From Zygnema circumcarinatum SAG 698-1b (lineage: Eukaryota > Plantae > Zygnematophyceae), in the NCBI GenBank assembly GCA_037447605.1, contig CM074809.1, positions 1,850,689-1,914,688 of the forward strand: a stretch of DNA of 64,000 bases. The letters are read 5' to 3'. Shown here in pieces: positions 10,301 through 23,399 of the stretch; position 1 is the stretch's first letter; each line of letters begins with the position of its first letter. Position numbers and translations under genes: made by a program. Under the pieces are notes generated by a model. It ran no database searches. It was not told where the DNA came from and worked only from the letters and a program-made list of their open reading frames with translations.

Positions 10301-13300
10301 TGCTCTCCCCCCCGTGCCATCAATCCAGTCGCAGAGTTCTTGCCGGTGGGGATTCTGGTCATAAGCAGGGGCCTCTCCGTCATACACAAGGGGACTCCAA
10401 AGTTCTCCAACTGCTCCTGCAACCAACAACAACACAGCATTTCACAGACCATTTCATGAGCAACTAGTACTGTTTGCTGATGCATAGTTGGAGGTGTCCG
10501 ACAAGACAAGGAAGGGTATATCCACTACATGTTACAGTTGGGTTGTTTTCGAATGAAGAGAGGTTTAGTGACCCCCCTCCCTCCTCCCTGCTACCTGTCG
10601 GTCTGCTGCTGTCGATGTACAGAGCTGCAAAGGCCGGGGCATAGCCTTTGGCAAAGTCGAGTCGCCATCCCGAAAATCCGATTTCGTCGCGAAGCCATCT
10701 GAGCCATTGGATGAGGTCCCTCTGTGCAGGGCAGGGGAGAGAACGAAGCAAGTTCGCCTCTATTTCTCAGTCTCTAGCTGCAGTCAGGCTGCGAATACCG
10801 CATGCAATGGAAGTGGAAAATGCTTTGCTTTGCTTTGAGATTGGTGCGGCACACAGAGAATAGCACCGCTTATTGAAGGACTGGAACGAAAATCTGACCC
10901 CCTCTTTTAACCTTTATCTCTCCTCTTCTTCCCTCCACAATGTGAGACACTTGGTTTACAAGAAGTCCATTTGTTCCACAAATTTGTCAACCCACAAACG
11001 AACTTCATTCGACGGGCAAAAAATAAACATTTCCATGCTCTTCCAAAGTCATTTACCCTATTATGGAAAGCAAGAACGTAGATTGGCACATTGCTCCAAG
11101 TAATCCAGGCAAGCAGCAACTCTTTCAGGGAATAACATCTTTCAGGGAATAACAAACTGCAGCCTGTCTCGGAAAACGAAGCATGACTAAACGAGAACTG
11201 AATGAACAAACCTATTTCAGTCAATCAACTTAAATTTCCCTTGTGGAGGACAACCGATTGTGAAGAAGCTTCCCTGAAACCAGTATTGCTTTCACTACTT
11301 TTTTTCGGTCAGCTACGACAATTTGATGGATGTTGGTTGTCCACTCCTACCTTATGGGGGTGCAGAAGCATCAGGACAGTATACAAAGAAAAACAAAGTT
11401 AGGGCCTCTCACCTGTACTCTTTCATTTGTGTGGTCTATATCAGGCGCAGGCCCATAGTTGGCCCCAGTGTCGTGACCTCCCTGCCGCCATAGAGAAAAC
11501 AAAAACTAAACCGTTGAAGTCGTCCGCCCTCGCACCCTCTTCCTAGAATCCGGAGCTTTCAATTCTATCTTAGAGAGAAAAAAAAACCCATCTGGAAAAA
11601 AAACTGGGACGTCTGCTCCAACTCAAATCACAACCCGAGTTCATTATGCCAACCGTCATCACTTTGAGCCTCTCTCTCCGACCATTAGAGCCCCTCTCTT
11701 TGCAGGGCACAGTTCACGGGCAGCAGTAGCCCACTCAACCACCAGAGCCTGACTTTATAGTGGAATTGTCACTGCAAGACTACGCTGACCATCGACCTCA
11801 CCTCTCCCTCATAGTCGTCGTAATCTTCTTGCACTATGGCCCACCTCCCCCAGTCCAGTTCGGGGCCGGGGGTTCCCCCCTCGAACACATTCCAATGGCC
11901 GTGTTCATCCTGAAAGGAAGCCCTGAGAGAGGGTCCAACAATGGCAGAGTCTCCCTTCAGAAAACGGACTGCCAGTCACAAGGTGGTGCAGGAGGTCCTC
12001 AGTAAGCTCAGTAAACCATCCACTTTGTACTTTCCTAAAACATTCTCGTTTCCTGTGCCAATTTCTTTTGATGCCAGTCTGTAGAAGCTTAGGACTGTAA
12101 ACGGCTCACAAGCAACAGCCAAGGGGAGACCTCACGTGCGATGGTTGATGACAATGTCAGCGATGCAGCGCACATAGCGGCGAGTGAATGCTCTGATGAG
12201 CGCTCTCAGCTGCACTTCGTTTCCATAGGGCGACCCGTCAAGGTTGTATAGCTGGCCAGGGAGATACCCTGAGTCACACAGGCAGAGGTAGAGAGGCAGC
12301 AGTGCTCAATCATCTCCACAAACCCTAAAGAGCCTAACTGACCAAAGAGCCCTATAAAAGGTTGATCTTTCTTGCAGTGTTTATGCACGTTCCTTGCCCT
12401 GCTTCACATTGGGACAGACTTTGCGGCAATAGCTTGCAACTAAGCTGCAGAGTCTTAAGATGCTTGAACGTTCTTGAATGCACATCTGGAAATCTCACAT
12501 GTCAAGTTGCGATCATTTAAATGGACCAATTCCTCATTTAGGAGGTTAAGACTACTCGCAAGAGTTGGACTGCAACATCACAATCCGCGAACGAATTCAC
12601 TCTACAGATTGAGAAAAATAAGAAAAAATCGCGGAGGAGGAGTTGCAGTAGTCAAGGCTCCAACTCAAACTGCAAGTGGTTGCGCTGGAGACCCACCATG
12701 CTTATCCGCAGTTTGCGATGGAGGCGGCAGCCAAACGGCCGTGAAACCAGCATTTGCGATATCATCCACCGCTCTGCTAAGGATTTCCCACCATGGATAC
12801 TGCATAGCATAGATCAGCAATGGGATTAGCACGTTTGGTTTAACCTGGATAACACGGTTAGGTATATCTGACCACGAAAAAAACTCTGTAGCCTCGAAAC
12901 TATGTACCAGAACCTAAAGGTGGCAGTTTTAGAAGCTTCAACTTCCATTCATGTTTAGCTACTTGATAACAGTAAAATATTTGATCCATCCAGGAGTTAA
13001 AACGACGTTGCGTGAGCGAACTAATGCTTGAGGGGAATGACAAGAAAACACAGCTGTACACTGTTGCAATTCTGTTCCTTAATGCGATGTACTATTACGT
13101 CATACCAGAGGCAGAAGAAGTCAACACGCATGAAATTTCCTACATTGTGGCAAGTTGTGAATCTGGCAGTTACAATTCACTCTAGCCAATAACAGCCAGT
13201 AAAACACATAAATTCTGCTAATAAGCAAACAGTTCAAGGTTAAAAACGTGTCAAGAATGTGTCACGAATCTTGTCACACAAAGTCGCTGTAAGGAATTTG

Positions 13301-14168
13301 AATTACAACTGATCTAGTATAAAGAGAGGCTGCCAAAGTGCGTGTAAATTCATCTACGAGGCATATTCAAAGCTCAAAAGTGAAGGCACCTTATAAGTCA
13401 CGAAGGTAGCATCGTCAATTGCAGATGGTAAATGAACAGTTCAGATTATAAATCTTTTTCTGGTTGAAAAACTAAATATGGAAGAACCGAAGGCTAGGTT
13501 TGTAATTTTCCATGTACACGACAGAAAAATGTCTGAGTAATCTGCTCTGCATTGGCTTCATTTGAGAAAAAATCGCAAGCCAGAGTGATGAAAGCTTGAA
13601 TGATTGAACCCCTCCCATAAAACGTTTTCATCGTATCTTTACAAAACAACGAGCAGCTTGACGACAAGTTTCACACCGCTTTAAAATAGAAGCGTTTCCT
13701 TTAAAGTGCGGACTTTACCTTTTCTGCGGATTCCCAGTTAAAAGCTTGTAGAATAATAGTCTTGATGCGGATTTTATATTCGGGTCTTGGTGGCAGCGCT
13801 GGTATTCCTGTTGTGGTGTAATGTTTAGGCTGGGCACAGGACACCTGAAGCCTGCTCCTCCTGCCAGAGACCGCTTTGCGGCTCTGCGATGGCCCGCAAA
13901 GCAAATGCCGCCATCCGATTCCAGAATGCGGGCAGTCGTCCAGAGACCGCTTGAAACTAAATGTATGTCCTAAATGAATTATTTGCTCCGTTGGCGAATT
14001 CTGCGACGAGGCCCTGCTCCTAATGGCGGAAAGATAGGAGAGCATATTTGGGAAGCCTACATTTGCTCTGACTTCACCATTCTTTACGCAGCGGTCTTGG
14101 TCCCTCTTATAACTTTGCCCATAGCCACTCAAGCCTGGTGCCGAGAAGCAATTTCCACTAAGCGCCAT
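7374..14168 (-). CDS. AMY: Alpha-amylase (GH13, plant AMY type) with N-terminal targeting-like extension and extra C-terminal tail
   Basis: ATG 14168. Exons encode [104 protein letters not shown] and DYAVWE (exon top 8672). The catalytic core is certain. The 3' end (stop at 8265 versus splice to the 7374-7660 exon) is not resolved. Confidence 0.93.
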
Positions 14169-14713
14169 TGCAGACACTCTTTCCGTCCCAGAAGCAGCTA
14201 AGTTGACCCTCAAGGCTTATGGCATGGCGCGATTGTACCCACCAAACGCCTGAACTTGAACTCAATTCCGTACAGCTCTCCTCCTCCCGCAGCGACCAGC
14301 ATTCCCCTTGTCGCCGCTCTCCCCTCCTCTCCCCTCCTCTCCCCTCCTTTTTCCCTTACTCTCCCTCTCCCCTCCTCCCTCCCTCTCTCCCCTCTTCCCC
14401 TCCTCTCCCTCTGCGCTCCCCAGCAACGCCGCGGTCCCCCGGCGGGCCTGCAGGAGCGGCCCCCCCTTCCCTCTCCAACGGCACTTTTCTGCGCCGTACG
14501 GCCGTGCGTGCGCCCGTCCAAGACAAGTACGGTACGGTACGAAAAATGTTGCACGGCTTCTGTACGGACCGGCGCAAGGAATTGCAAGGCGGGACCGACA
14601 TTGGCATTGCGCAGTCGCGCCGGGTCCGGCCGGGTCACGCCCGAACCGACCCCCGATCCCCGACCCTACCCGAACTGACCGGCCCGGACCGCCAGGGACG
14701 GCCGCCTAACTAG

Positions 14714-14958
14714 TAGGGATGGATTAGTTACGACTATATAATATATATTATATTATACAACTGTGACGACTAGATAACGGCTGATATATATTAATTTACA
14801 ACGCCTTTACAACATGTACGGTCGTACGGTCGTTAATTGTTCAAAACGAGTGGTTATAATATATGTAATAAAGTGTTTTACTTTGTGATATATTACTACT
14901 TTTAAACCCGTTGTAAATTATATAATATATTCGGAATTTATAACGCGGGCCATCCCTA
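14714..14958. mobile_element. hAT-type MITE (245 bp, AT-rich)
   Basis: Ends TAGGGATGG (14714) and CCATCCCTA (14958) resemble Ac-like TIRs. The 8-bp flanks ctaactag / ctcgctag match 6/8 (degenerate TSD). Non-coding interior. Confidence 0.75.
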
Positions 14959-15076
14959 CTCGCTAGCCGTTGGAACCGTGCGGTACGGTCAGGACCTTTA
15001 GCGTACGGTACGGGCCACTGACAGAAATGATCATCGCGGAAATCCCTTTATGGGTTGACAAAATGGATGCGGCATT

Positions 15077-15275
15077 CATTGAACTCGCGCATGGCGAGGC
15101 AATCAGATGTGCATGGACGAAGTCCGCATGGGGACCCACGAGGAACTGGCCGCGAAGGACCCTAGGACAAAAGACGAAAGCTCGGAGCGGAAAGCCTACG
15201 CCTAGGCACAACAACACTTGAAGCCCTCCCTAGAAGCAGCCGCGAAGGTCGCCGATCGATGAGCGCCACATCACA
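15077..15275 (+). repeat. Dispersed relic repeat family R, copy A
   Basis: cattgaactc...atggcgagg...ccacgaggaactggccgc...ctacgcctaggc...ccctagaagcagccgcgaaggtc aligns with 61920-62103 (+) and 54283-54459 (-). Confidence 0.85.
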
Positions 15276-16815
15276 TCGCGCAGAGGGAGGGAGGGAGGGA
15301 GGGAGGGAGCGGCGAAAGGCCACCGCCACGGTCCCCAACAACCGCGGCTCTCACGCCGAAGGAGCGGAGAAGCGAGGCACTGCTGAAGGGCGGAGGACGG
15401 AAATGCGCTGTCGATAAAAGTAGCGAGGATCGATCGGCGGAGGAGGGCTTCCGGGGCCGTGCGCGCATCTCCGAGGAGCGATGGGCGCACGGTCTGGCGG
15501 AGGAAGGAAGGACGGCATCCAAACGGGCGTGGAGGCACCCAAACATCGCAACAGCCACAGGACCAAGCTCGTCGGCCGCGTCACGTCACGTCACGGCGAG
15601 CATATGCGCGCTCCTTGCGAAGGGAGGGCCGCATCGCGAGCAGCCCCGCCTTCATGGTTTTGAAGCGATTGGAGTGTGCCTTGGGCCAAGTCCAAATGGA
15701 TGGAGGGGTTGTCACTTGTGACCACCGGTTGGTTGGTTGGTTCATATTGGCTTTGTTGCACATTATTGACTTGTGAATTGGTCTCAAGAGGAGGATGGCG
15801 TCATCGTGGTGAGATCAATGCCGATTAACACTTTTTCCCTTTCTGAAAAAAGGTAACGTATAGCACTCTACAGGTAGCGGTGCTACTCTTGAAGATCTCG
15901 TTCGAACCAGCTTCCAGTGTACAATTTTACCGACCTTTACCAACAGTTCAGAGACAGGAGAGAAGTATGGTCAGTTGCCCATAGAGTTATCCACATCACA
16001 CGTTCAAATCCCCCAGTTGGCATGTGGAGATGGCCTGATGGGCCGTCTTCAGTGCTCTGGAAGCTGACTCAACAGCTGCGATCACCACCACGCGAAACCA
16101 AGATTGGCCGAATGCACGTGGGTGTGCGAAAGACCTGCGGTGAAGGTGACTTAATGCTCCTAAATATTCGTCAAACATGGATAGCTGAAGCCAAGACACA
16201 AGCGCTCGCCTAGGCATTCGGCTCCATATCTCGCACAGCTGTCCCTGCCCTACAAAAAATGCCGAACTAATAAAAGTTAGAGTTTGAAACCGAGACCGTT
16301 CCTGCACTGTCGAAAGAGCTGCTACAGTTTTACATCCTCACCCTTGGATAATCGCCAAACCGTTGCTGTAGCAGGGGCCCACATGCACAAATTCACATAA
16401 CCACGGTATAGCTTCACGCCATGCCACAAAGTGATTCCGTTAACTACTTTAAATTACGGAAAAGAACATCCAAGATACTCATATCGCTGTTTAACGAGCT
16501 ACATGACAGCTGCATGATCGGAGACATTGCAGACCGCCTTCTTTTGCAGGTCTGACACTATCATTCCACCTGCCTCCCGTAAACAAACCACTAAAACATC
16601 GCCAAACCCTTCACACTCGCACCATGTTATTCACAGCCACGACGCTGTACAACCAGTACATGAAGTCCACAGAGCCACGTTTATTGCTCTATACATACCT
16701 CATCTAGGAAACTCTCTGCGCTCCAGACCTAAACCTAACACTGCATGAGAGTGGCATTCCCCGAGCTTGCAGACTATGCACCATTTTTCCAAATGGCCAC
16801 AGCAACGGGGACGTG

Positions 16816-19322
16816 TCAGGAAAGGTTTTGTGTCCACCGGCCCATGTTTGGAGACACTCCGGAGAAAGCAGGCAAGTCCCAGAACCTTGAAAACGCCCTC
16901 GGGCTGTCGACAAGGATAGCGTCCACATTGCCCTGACCGGGCCCAAACCGCCTTGGGCGAGAGGGCGACGCAAGAGTCAACTCCAGGTCTCGCCAGATGG
17001 CAAAGGATTCCTCCGCATCCGGGTGGGCCTGCAAGGCTTTGGCCCTTGGTGGCGGCATCACCAACTCCATGTCTTCTGCTTCGGCCGAGCCTGTGTCCTG
17101 ATGCTGATAGGAAGACTCACCAACCATCGCATGACTCCCGTCAGAGCGCGAGAAATGCCCAGCAAGGAGCCCATTTGCTCTCCCACTGCCATTCGTAGCA
17201 CTGCTGCCGGTCTTCCCCCTCGAGAGATTTGACTGCCTGCAAATCTCACCGGCAACAGGCTTGTCCTGCAAAAAGTCCAACTCAGGTGCTAATTGACCGG
17301 CTATAGACCTGACCAGACTCCGCGGAGGAGGCCTCCGCGGTAGTGAAGAAGACGAAGACTCGTGTGATAGAGGAGCACGAGAGGCATTCCATGGTGTTGG
17401 CGGCTTCTGTTCGGACATAGGCAGCGAAACAGGATGAGTTGCTTGGGGTGCCTCAAATGGCTGCGACCTGGAAGAGGCATCCAACGCTGATGTTGCACTA
17501 TCTTCCACAGATGTCATAGGAGCTGCATGATCGAAAAAATCGATGCCCATGGCCTCTTCACGTGTCATGCACTCAACGTCAAAGGATTCGTCTTGCTCAA
17601 CTGGTGTAGAAGACTGGAGAAGAGGGGCACACGGACCAAAAAGCTCAGCTGTTTCTACCCGTGCCAATCTAGCTATGGGGCTAGCAAGTATTGTAGTGGC
17701 CTGTCCGTGCTCCTGAAGACGTGGACTCAGAATCCAATTGTTTGTTCCTTCTTCCACATTCCCTCCATTTTCCACCTCTGCATTCACAGTGCCAAAACCA
17801 TGGCTCTCCTGAAAATTATCGACTGCATTACCAGCGGGCTCTCCAAAAGGCAGTACCCATCCTCCCCTGAAGCTGGGAAAAGCCTGAAGACTGAGAGGTT
17901 TCAAAGCCTTCAGTCCTTTTGAAATCTCTTCTACCATGGGCTCAGATGGCATAGTTTGTTCAAAGAGAGGATCCCGGAAAGAGGAAAAGGCCGATGAACC
18001 ATAAGGAGACCCTAGCGGGGAATCCAATGGGGATGCTGTAAGAGGGGAGTCAAAGGGCGAACCATAAGGGGAGTATGGCGGGGTCAGATATGCTGAAAGA
18101 TCCGTACTTGGCGAGAGCACCTCGTCCTCTTCGGCGTCCGGTTGCCAAGGTGCCTTAGAAACCCCCCTCTCTCCCGGTTCAACTTTGACTCCACCTCCAG
18201 CATTCTGTGGAATATCTACTGTCAAAGTCTGCAGGGAAGGAAACCAAAGATGCTATAAGTCGCCGGTCATCCTGAAGTCTACATTCTAATTTTAATTTTT
18301 TTTTTTTTTTAGGAGGCGCAAAGAGGAAAAGTAATTGTGGACCAAACATGCACTCTTACCAGGTCTGTACCACTTACCGGCAATTGCCGATGAAGGTCTT
18401 GGCTGTTCTCGTCTCCGTTTGATAATCCCTCACTTCTCGTAGATACTGCAGGTGTTGGCCGGCCAAACTGAAACTTAGTAGAATGTTCTTCGCCGTCAAC
18501 ACTTGCAGCTTGTCCACCATCTGGTGAAGCGACCAAGCCCGAAGCAGCAGAAGAACTCGACTGGAGAGTCGCCGATAAAGCTGCTTGGCCATTAAGAGCA
18601 GCGTTCACTGCCAGAGCTGCAACAGCCCACTCAGGGGGTGGTTTCTCAGCCGAGAAATTTGTTTTTGCTGCAGCTCCTCGAATGGTGCGTGCTGCCTGGT
18701 CATATGCAAGAGCTGCTTCTTCAGCTGTATCATATGTGCCCAGCCACATACGTACGCCTTGAATTGTATCCTTTATTTCAGAAATCCAGCGACCAGAAGC
18801 ACGTTGGCGTACCCCTTTATACCTGCTGCGATCTTTTCCTTTCTGCCGCTTTCCTCCAGAACGGCCAGATTTGGCAGGCACTGATGAACGACGACCAGCC
18901 GGGTCACTCGCTGGTACTTCAGCTGCCTCCCTCCCCAGAACGCGATGTTTCTTTGAAGAATCTTGGGAAGTTCCCTGCGTTTGCTCCAGCATTTTGCCAC
19001 TTCCCAAATACGAAACTGACTCACCGCCGCTTGTAGATGAATTTGGAACCTCTCTTTTTACCACGGACTCGTACTCCATCGGTCGCTTGCTTTTGTAGTC
19101 ACCATTGGTCACTGCTGAGATGCCTGTGACCGTTTGCAGATCTGACATGATACCCACTTCCGACTCACTCTGGACCCTCTTCGTGTTGAGAAGAAAGCGC
19201 TGCGATTGAGTAAATAAATCATTACCTTTCCAAGCCTGTTCGCCTCCTTGCTCAACCTGCTCCCCCATAACATACGACGAAGCAAAAGTTGCAGGAACCG
19301 AAACCGTCCTCTGCAGATTCAT
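16816..19322 (-). CDS. AP2/ERF transcription factor, single AP2 domain, ERN1/RAP2.11-like signature, 785 aa
   Basis: Exon 1 18378-19322 contains [58 protein letters not shown] phase-0 GT-AG intron joins it to exon 2 16816-18228 (470 codons, Ser/Pro-rich). Confidence 0.93.
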
Positions 19323-20885
19323 GACAGCGTTCTCCTTACTCTAAATCCCTGCAAATAGCTCAAGAAATCCAGCAGCAGACGCTCTACTTCCAGTGCCACA
19401 TTGCGACAGGACAGTAACTAACCCTAATTCTTCTCCTACACTCTTTCCAAAAACCGCCTGCGCGCCGCAAAACACCCTCCAGCTCTCCTCCCTTTTCCCC
19501 CGCAACCTCTGCTGACGCAGCCGCCCAGGTCCCTGCCTTGCTTTCAGCAGCTGCGCGTGCACTTTCCGGCCATGGCCGCCCCGCAGGTCCCCTGCTGCTC
19601 CTGCTCCTGCTCCTGCTCCCCTCCCTTCCCTCCCTTCTCTTGCCGCTTCTTCGCGGAAGCCCGCCCCCTCCGCCCCCTCCTGCCGGCCGCCCGGCCCTGT
19701 CGGCCCTGCAGGCGTCGGCGACTTCAAGACTGCCGGCCGGCAGCGGCCGGCGTTCGCGGCCGAAAAGACTGGACGACGACTCCGCCGCCGGCGCCGGCGG
19801 CCACGTGGCGCCGCGCGGGCTCGTACGGCCTGTTTGCCGGCAAGGTGAAGTACTATTCTAGATCTGGCCGTACCGTACGTACGTACGGCACAGCTTGGGC
19901 TGGAAAATAGAGCGCAGTGTCGTGTGTTAGAATTCCAATAAAAAATTCTGAAAGTCAGGCCGGTTTATAAAACACTTTTAGGACGACAGTCGTATTGTTG
20001 TACGGTCTTATGGCAGTACAGTACCCTATTTTCCACCCGAGCACTTTCGTTACCCAAGAAATTCGCCCTGATTTTGACGAAACTACTTTTAGTACGGTAA
20101 GTCTGTGTTAATGTATTAGGGGTGTTAACCTAACCTGACATGTTTTTCAATACAGAATCTGTTAATTGAAACGGATTTCAAACATGGCTCACGCTATTCC
20201 GTTCTACAGTGAGTACGGATAAAATCTCCAAGTTGTACGGTATACGTACGGCACCAATAGGAGCTCGTATAAGTAAATGTACAGCACCAATAGGAGCTCG
20301 CGACAAGGCCCGCCGGGCGGCCATGCGCCTCCTTACAACGAGAAACAGTACGGCCGCAAGTCGGACTCTAACATAAGAACGCCGGCCTATTGTTAACACG
20401 GACTACATTATATTTTCAAATTCCAAGATTTTCGCCCAATATTTGCCGAAGTCATGGCGAAAATATTAGGCGGGGAAAATGAACAATAATCACCAATCGT
20501 ACATTCAGTTCAATTTCAGTGGTACGACTGCTTCAAAAACTGAATTTTTTAGATGTTGGAACGTTTTAATTCTGGAATCTAAAACTCTACAAGTCCGTGA
20601 TCCGGCCGGCCGTACGGTCGCGCAGGTTCGGAAATGGTGGCATTGACTGCCAACAGCCTTTATTTCGTATTTGCCGGAAAACTTTTATGAAGAGGGCAGG
20701 CTTTGACCAGCGGAGCGCATGACCTAAAAATGGCCTCTCAAAACTCTTGGACCAATGTTGGCAGCCTACTTCTAGACATGCTGTAATAATGGTTTCTGAG
20801 TCACCCCTAGAGCTATGCCACGTTTGAAGTGGCCAATTTCAGCCGCGAGGCATGGTATGATGCATGGTATGGAGCTTGAACCATA

Positions 20886-22488
20886 TCAGGACCGCCCGTA
20901 TTTGAGAGCTTCTTTGGGCAGCATGTCCTGCAGCCCGACCTTTTTGAGCCAGTAGAGGTGAAGTGGGGTCGATGCCTGCTTCAAAAACCATCCATTCCGC
21001 CACTCGAACTCGTTGACTGCCATTGCGACACTTGGCACTGCACTCTCTATTGCTATAGAGTAACTGCAGAGACTATCTACAAGGCGTTCAATGTCAGTCA
21101 ACCCTTCGACAGGCAGACCACCACATGATCTCTCTTTCCACTTGTTTTCTTCAACGTTATTCGAATCATCCTTCAAGTCCTGTACTTTGAATGATGACTG
21201 AGCATCCAGCACAGGCTCCTCGTCCATCGCCTGCGGATGGCCTGCTCTCATGCAGTCCTTTAAAAGGGGAACAAGTTCAAACGTGAGATCATACACATCT
21301 TGTCGATGAAGAGTCGCTACAACTCCGCATGGCACCCCATGAGCCTTGCAAAGGAGCCAAAATATGGAGGCCCATAGAAGCTTCTCCGCGATAGCACTGC
21401 GTAAAGCAGCCTCATCGACAAGAGAGCATCTCACTCCTCCGCTTTGCAGCAATGATGAGAACACCGACCCCCACCTGGAAGATACGATGAAACCAAACAC
21501 CCCCAGTTATCTCCATCAAATATAACGCTGTTGTTACTTGCGATGAAGGCTGATTTTGGACTGCAACGTAACATCAAATCTTAAGAGAATGCGGTACGAA
21601 GGAAACTGCTCACTTTCCACAAACGACAGATTTACCAGCCCCATCCACAATGTCTATGGGACTTTGGGGGTTGGAAGGGTCCTTTGGAGAAGCCGCTATG
21701 TACAGCACAGCTTGAGTAGTGCCGGCAAGCCCGTGCGAGAGCAGCCATGGAAGAAGCATGCCCCCCTGCAGCCACACAAGGTCGCGCCATCGGCTTTCTG
21801 GCACTTGGCGCAGTACTGCTTCTAGATCACAGTTGTGTGTGGCCACCAGAATTGGGCCTTCTGAGGGAAGCTCTCCTTGAAGAGATTCAAGCATTTCGCC
21901 CCTTCGCAATAACTTTGCTCTGACAATGCCAAACAAGTGGGGAGGGGAATGAGAGCTGCAGAAAGGTACGCGAGTTACAGTCAGGTGCAAATGCTTGACC
22001 TCGGACAAGAATGATAGGATTCTGTAACTTAACTTACAACTTGGATCTCATAAGTTATGAGGGAGAAACAGAGGGCGGTCACATATCTGAAACCAACTTC
22101 TTGAATCACGACTGGAGGCATACTTTAGATTCATGCTTCCTTCTCTAGGAAGGTGTGTAAATAATCTCCATACACCACTCTGTTAATTCAGCTCTATGTA
22201 CTGTTTACCCGCTCACCTTCCATGACTCATTTGGACGAGAGCCCTTCCGATACGACCACCTCCTACCACCACTATGGGCACTGCCTCTGGCGAAGAGTCG
22301 TCGCTTAGAGAATTGGCATAGGTCAGCATCTTCGTTTGAACTTTTTGCCGTCTTCCAGACTGTGCACGCGAATCTGGAGACATTCCTAAAAATGCTCTTC
22401 CATGCAACCGCTTGTCGTGGAATATGGCTGCCTTGAAAGGGCCATCATAAATCTGCGGATTGAAGAACCCGCGTAGAAGAGTCAACAT
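20886..22488 (-). CDS. At1g16080-like Rossmann-fold (ketopantoate-reductase-like) protein with transit-peptide-like N-terminus
   Basis: Three exons give VVVGGGRIGRAL, EGPILVATHNCDLEAVL..RWRDLVWLQ, SGGVRCSLVD...EKLLW and NEFEWRNGWF. I recognise these as motifs of the conserved plant At1g16080 family. Confidence 0.8.
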
Positions 22489-23399
22489 TTATCCCTCCGC
22501 TGCGTTCAGCAAATTAACGGAGCCTTCTTTGTCATATTCTCACACAATTTAGGGTTTGGGCAAGCCGGTTGTGCAGTTGGTCCCTTACCAAAGCCATACA
22601 TGTGTCGGATCGTGCCCTCGGCAAATGGAACATGGGCTCTTCTTTGTTGAATTCACAGAGCCGGTATTAGAAGGATCATTTCTGCTTGAACTCTACGTTG
22701 GGCTCCCTTGGTTTGCACGCGGCCAACAATCCCTGTCACTGAAACAGAACTTGTTATGATTTACTGTTCAACGGCTAAAACATGGCAGTTACTCAAGGTT
22801 GCTTCTGTTTGCCTGTCCATGAAATCACACAAACTCTCAAAAGACACAGAATACAATACAGCATCTATTGAACCATACATCGAACGCGCCTTAATATTAC
22901 GTTCAGCCCTGTGAATGTAATACTTTACGACGAATCTCCAGCCTTTCGTCAGCGTCAGTATCATTTCATGATCAACCAAAACCATCCGCCCAAGTGCCAA
23001 ATGAAAGGAAGCCAAGAAGTCAAGGCTCACAGAGTCGCTCACAATACATTAAATCAGGGATCTATATGCCTTTTTCCATAGGAAGATGATCATGCTGATA
23101 ATTATGTAAGACCTATACACCGGCTTGCAAGGTCGCACTGTCTTTTTTTCCCCAGCCACAAAAGTAAGTCACTGATTAATTGCGTCGCCAATCGCCTATT
23201 CCTACACTAACTACCGTAGAACCAATCTGCAGGGATTAAACTGGAAAGAATCACCTACAAAAAAAAATCCAAAAACAGAGAGAGAAAAACAGAGCGTACA
23301 ATGTGCTCTGTTGATCCTCTCAACTAAATATTCCAATAGCCACGAGAATATGTATAGTCACTATCGGTGACATCTGAAAGGTCCATCATAGACTGCAGT

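Noticed and set aside
14210-14713. Several overlapping 130-160 aa ORFs
   Set aside because: GC-rich, CT-repeat 5' UTR/promoter of the amylase. The low-complexity translations are artefacts.
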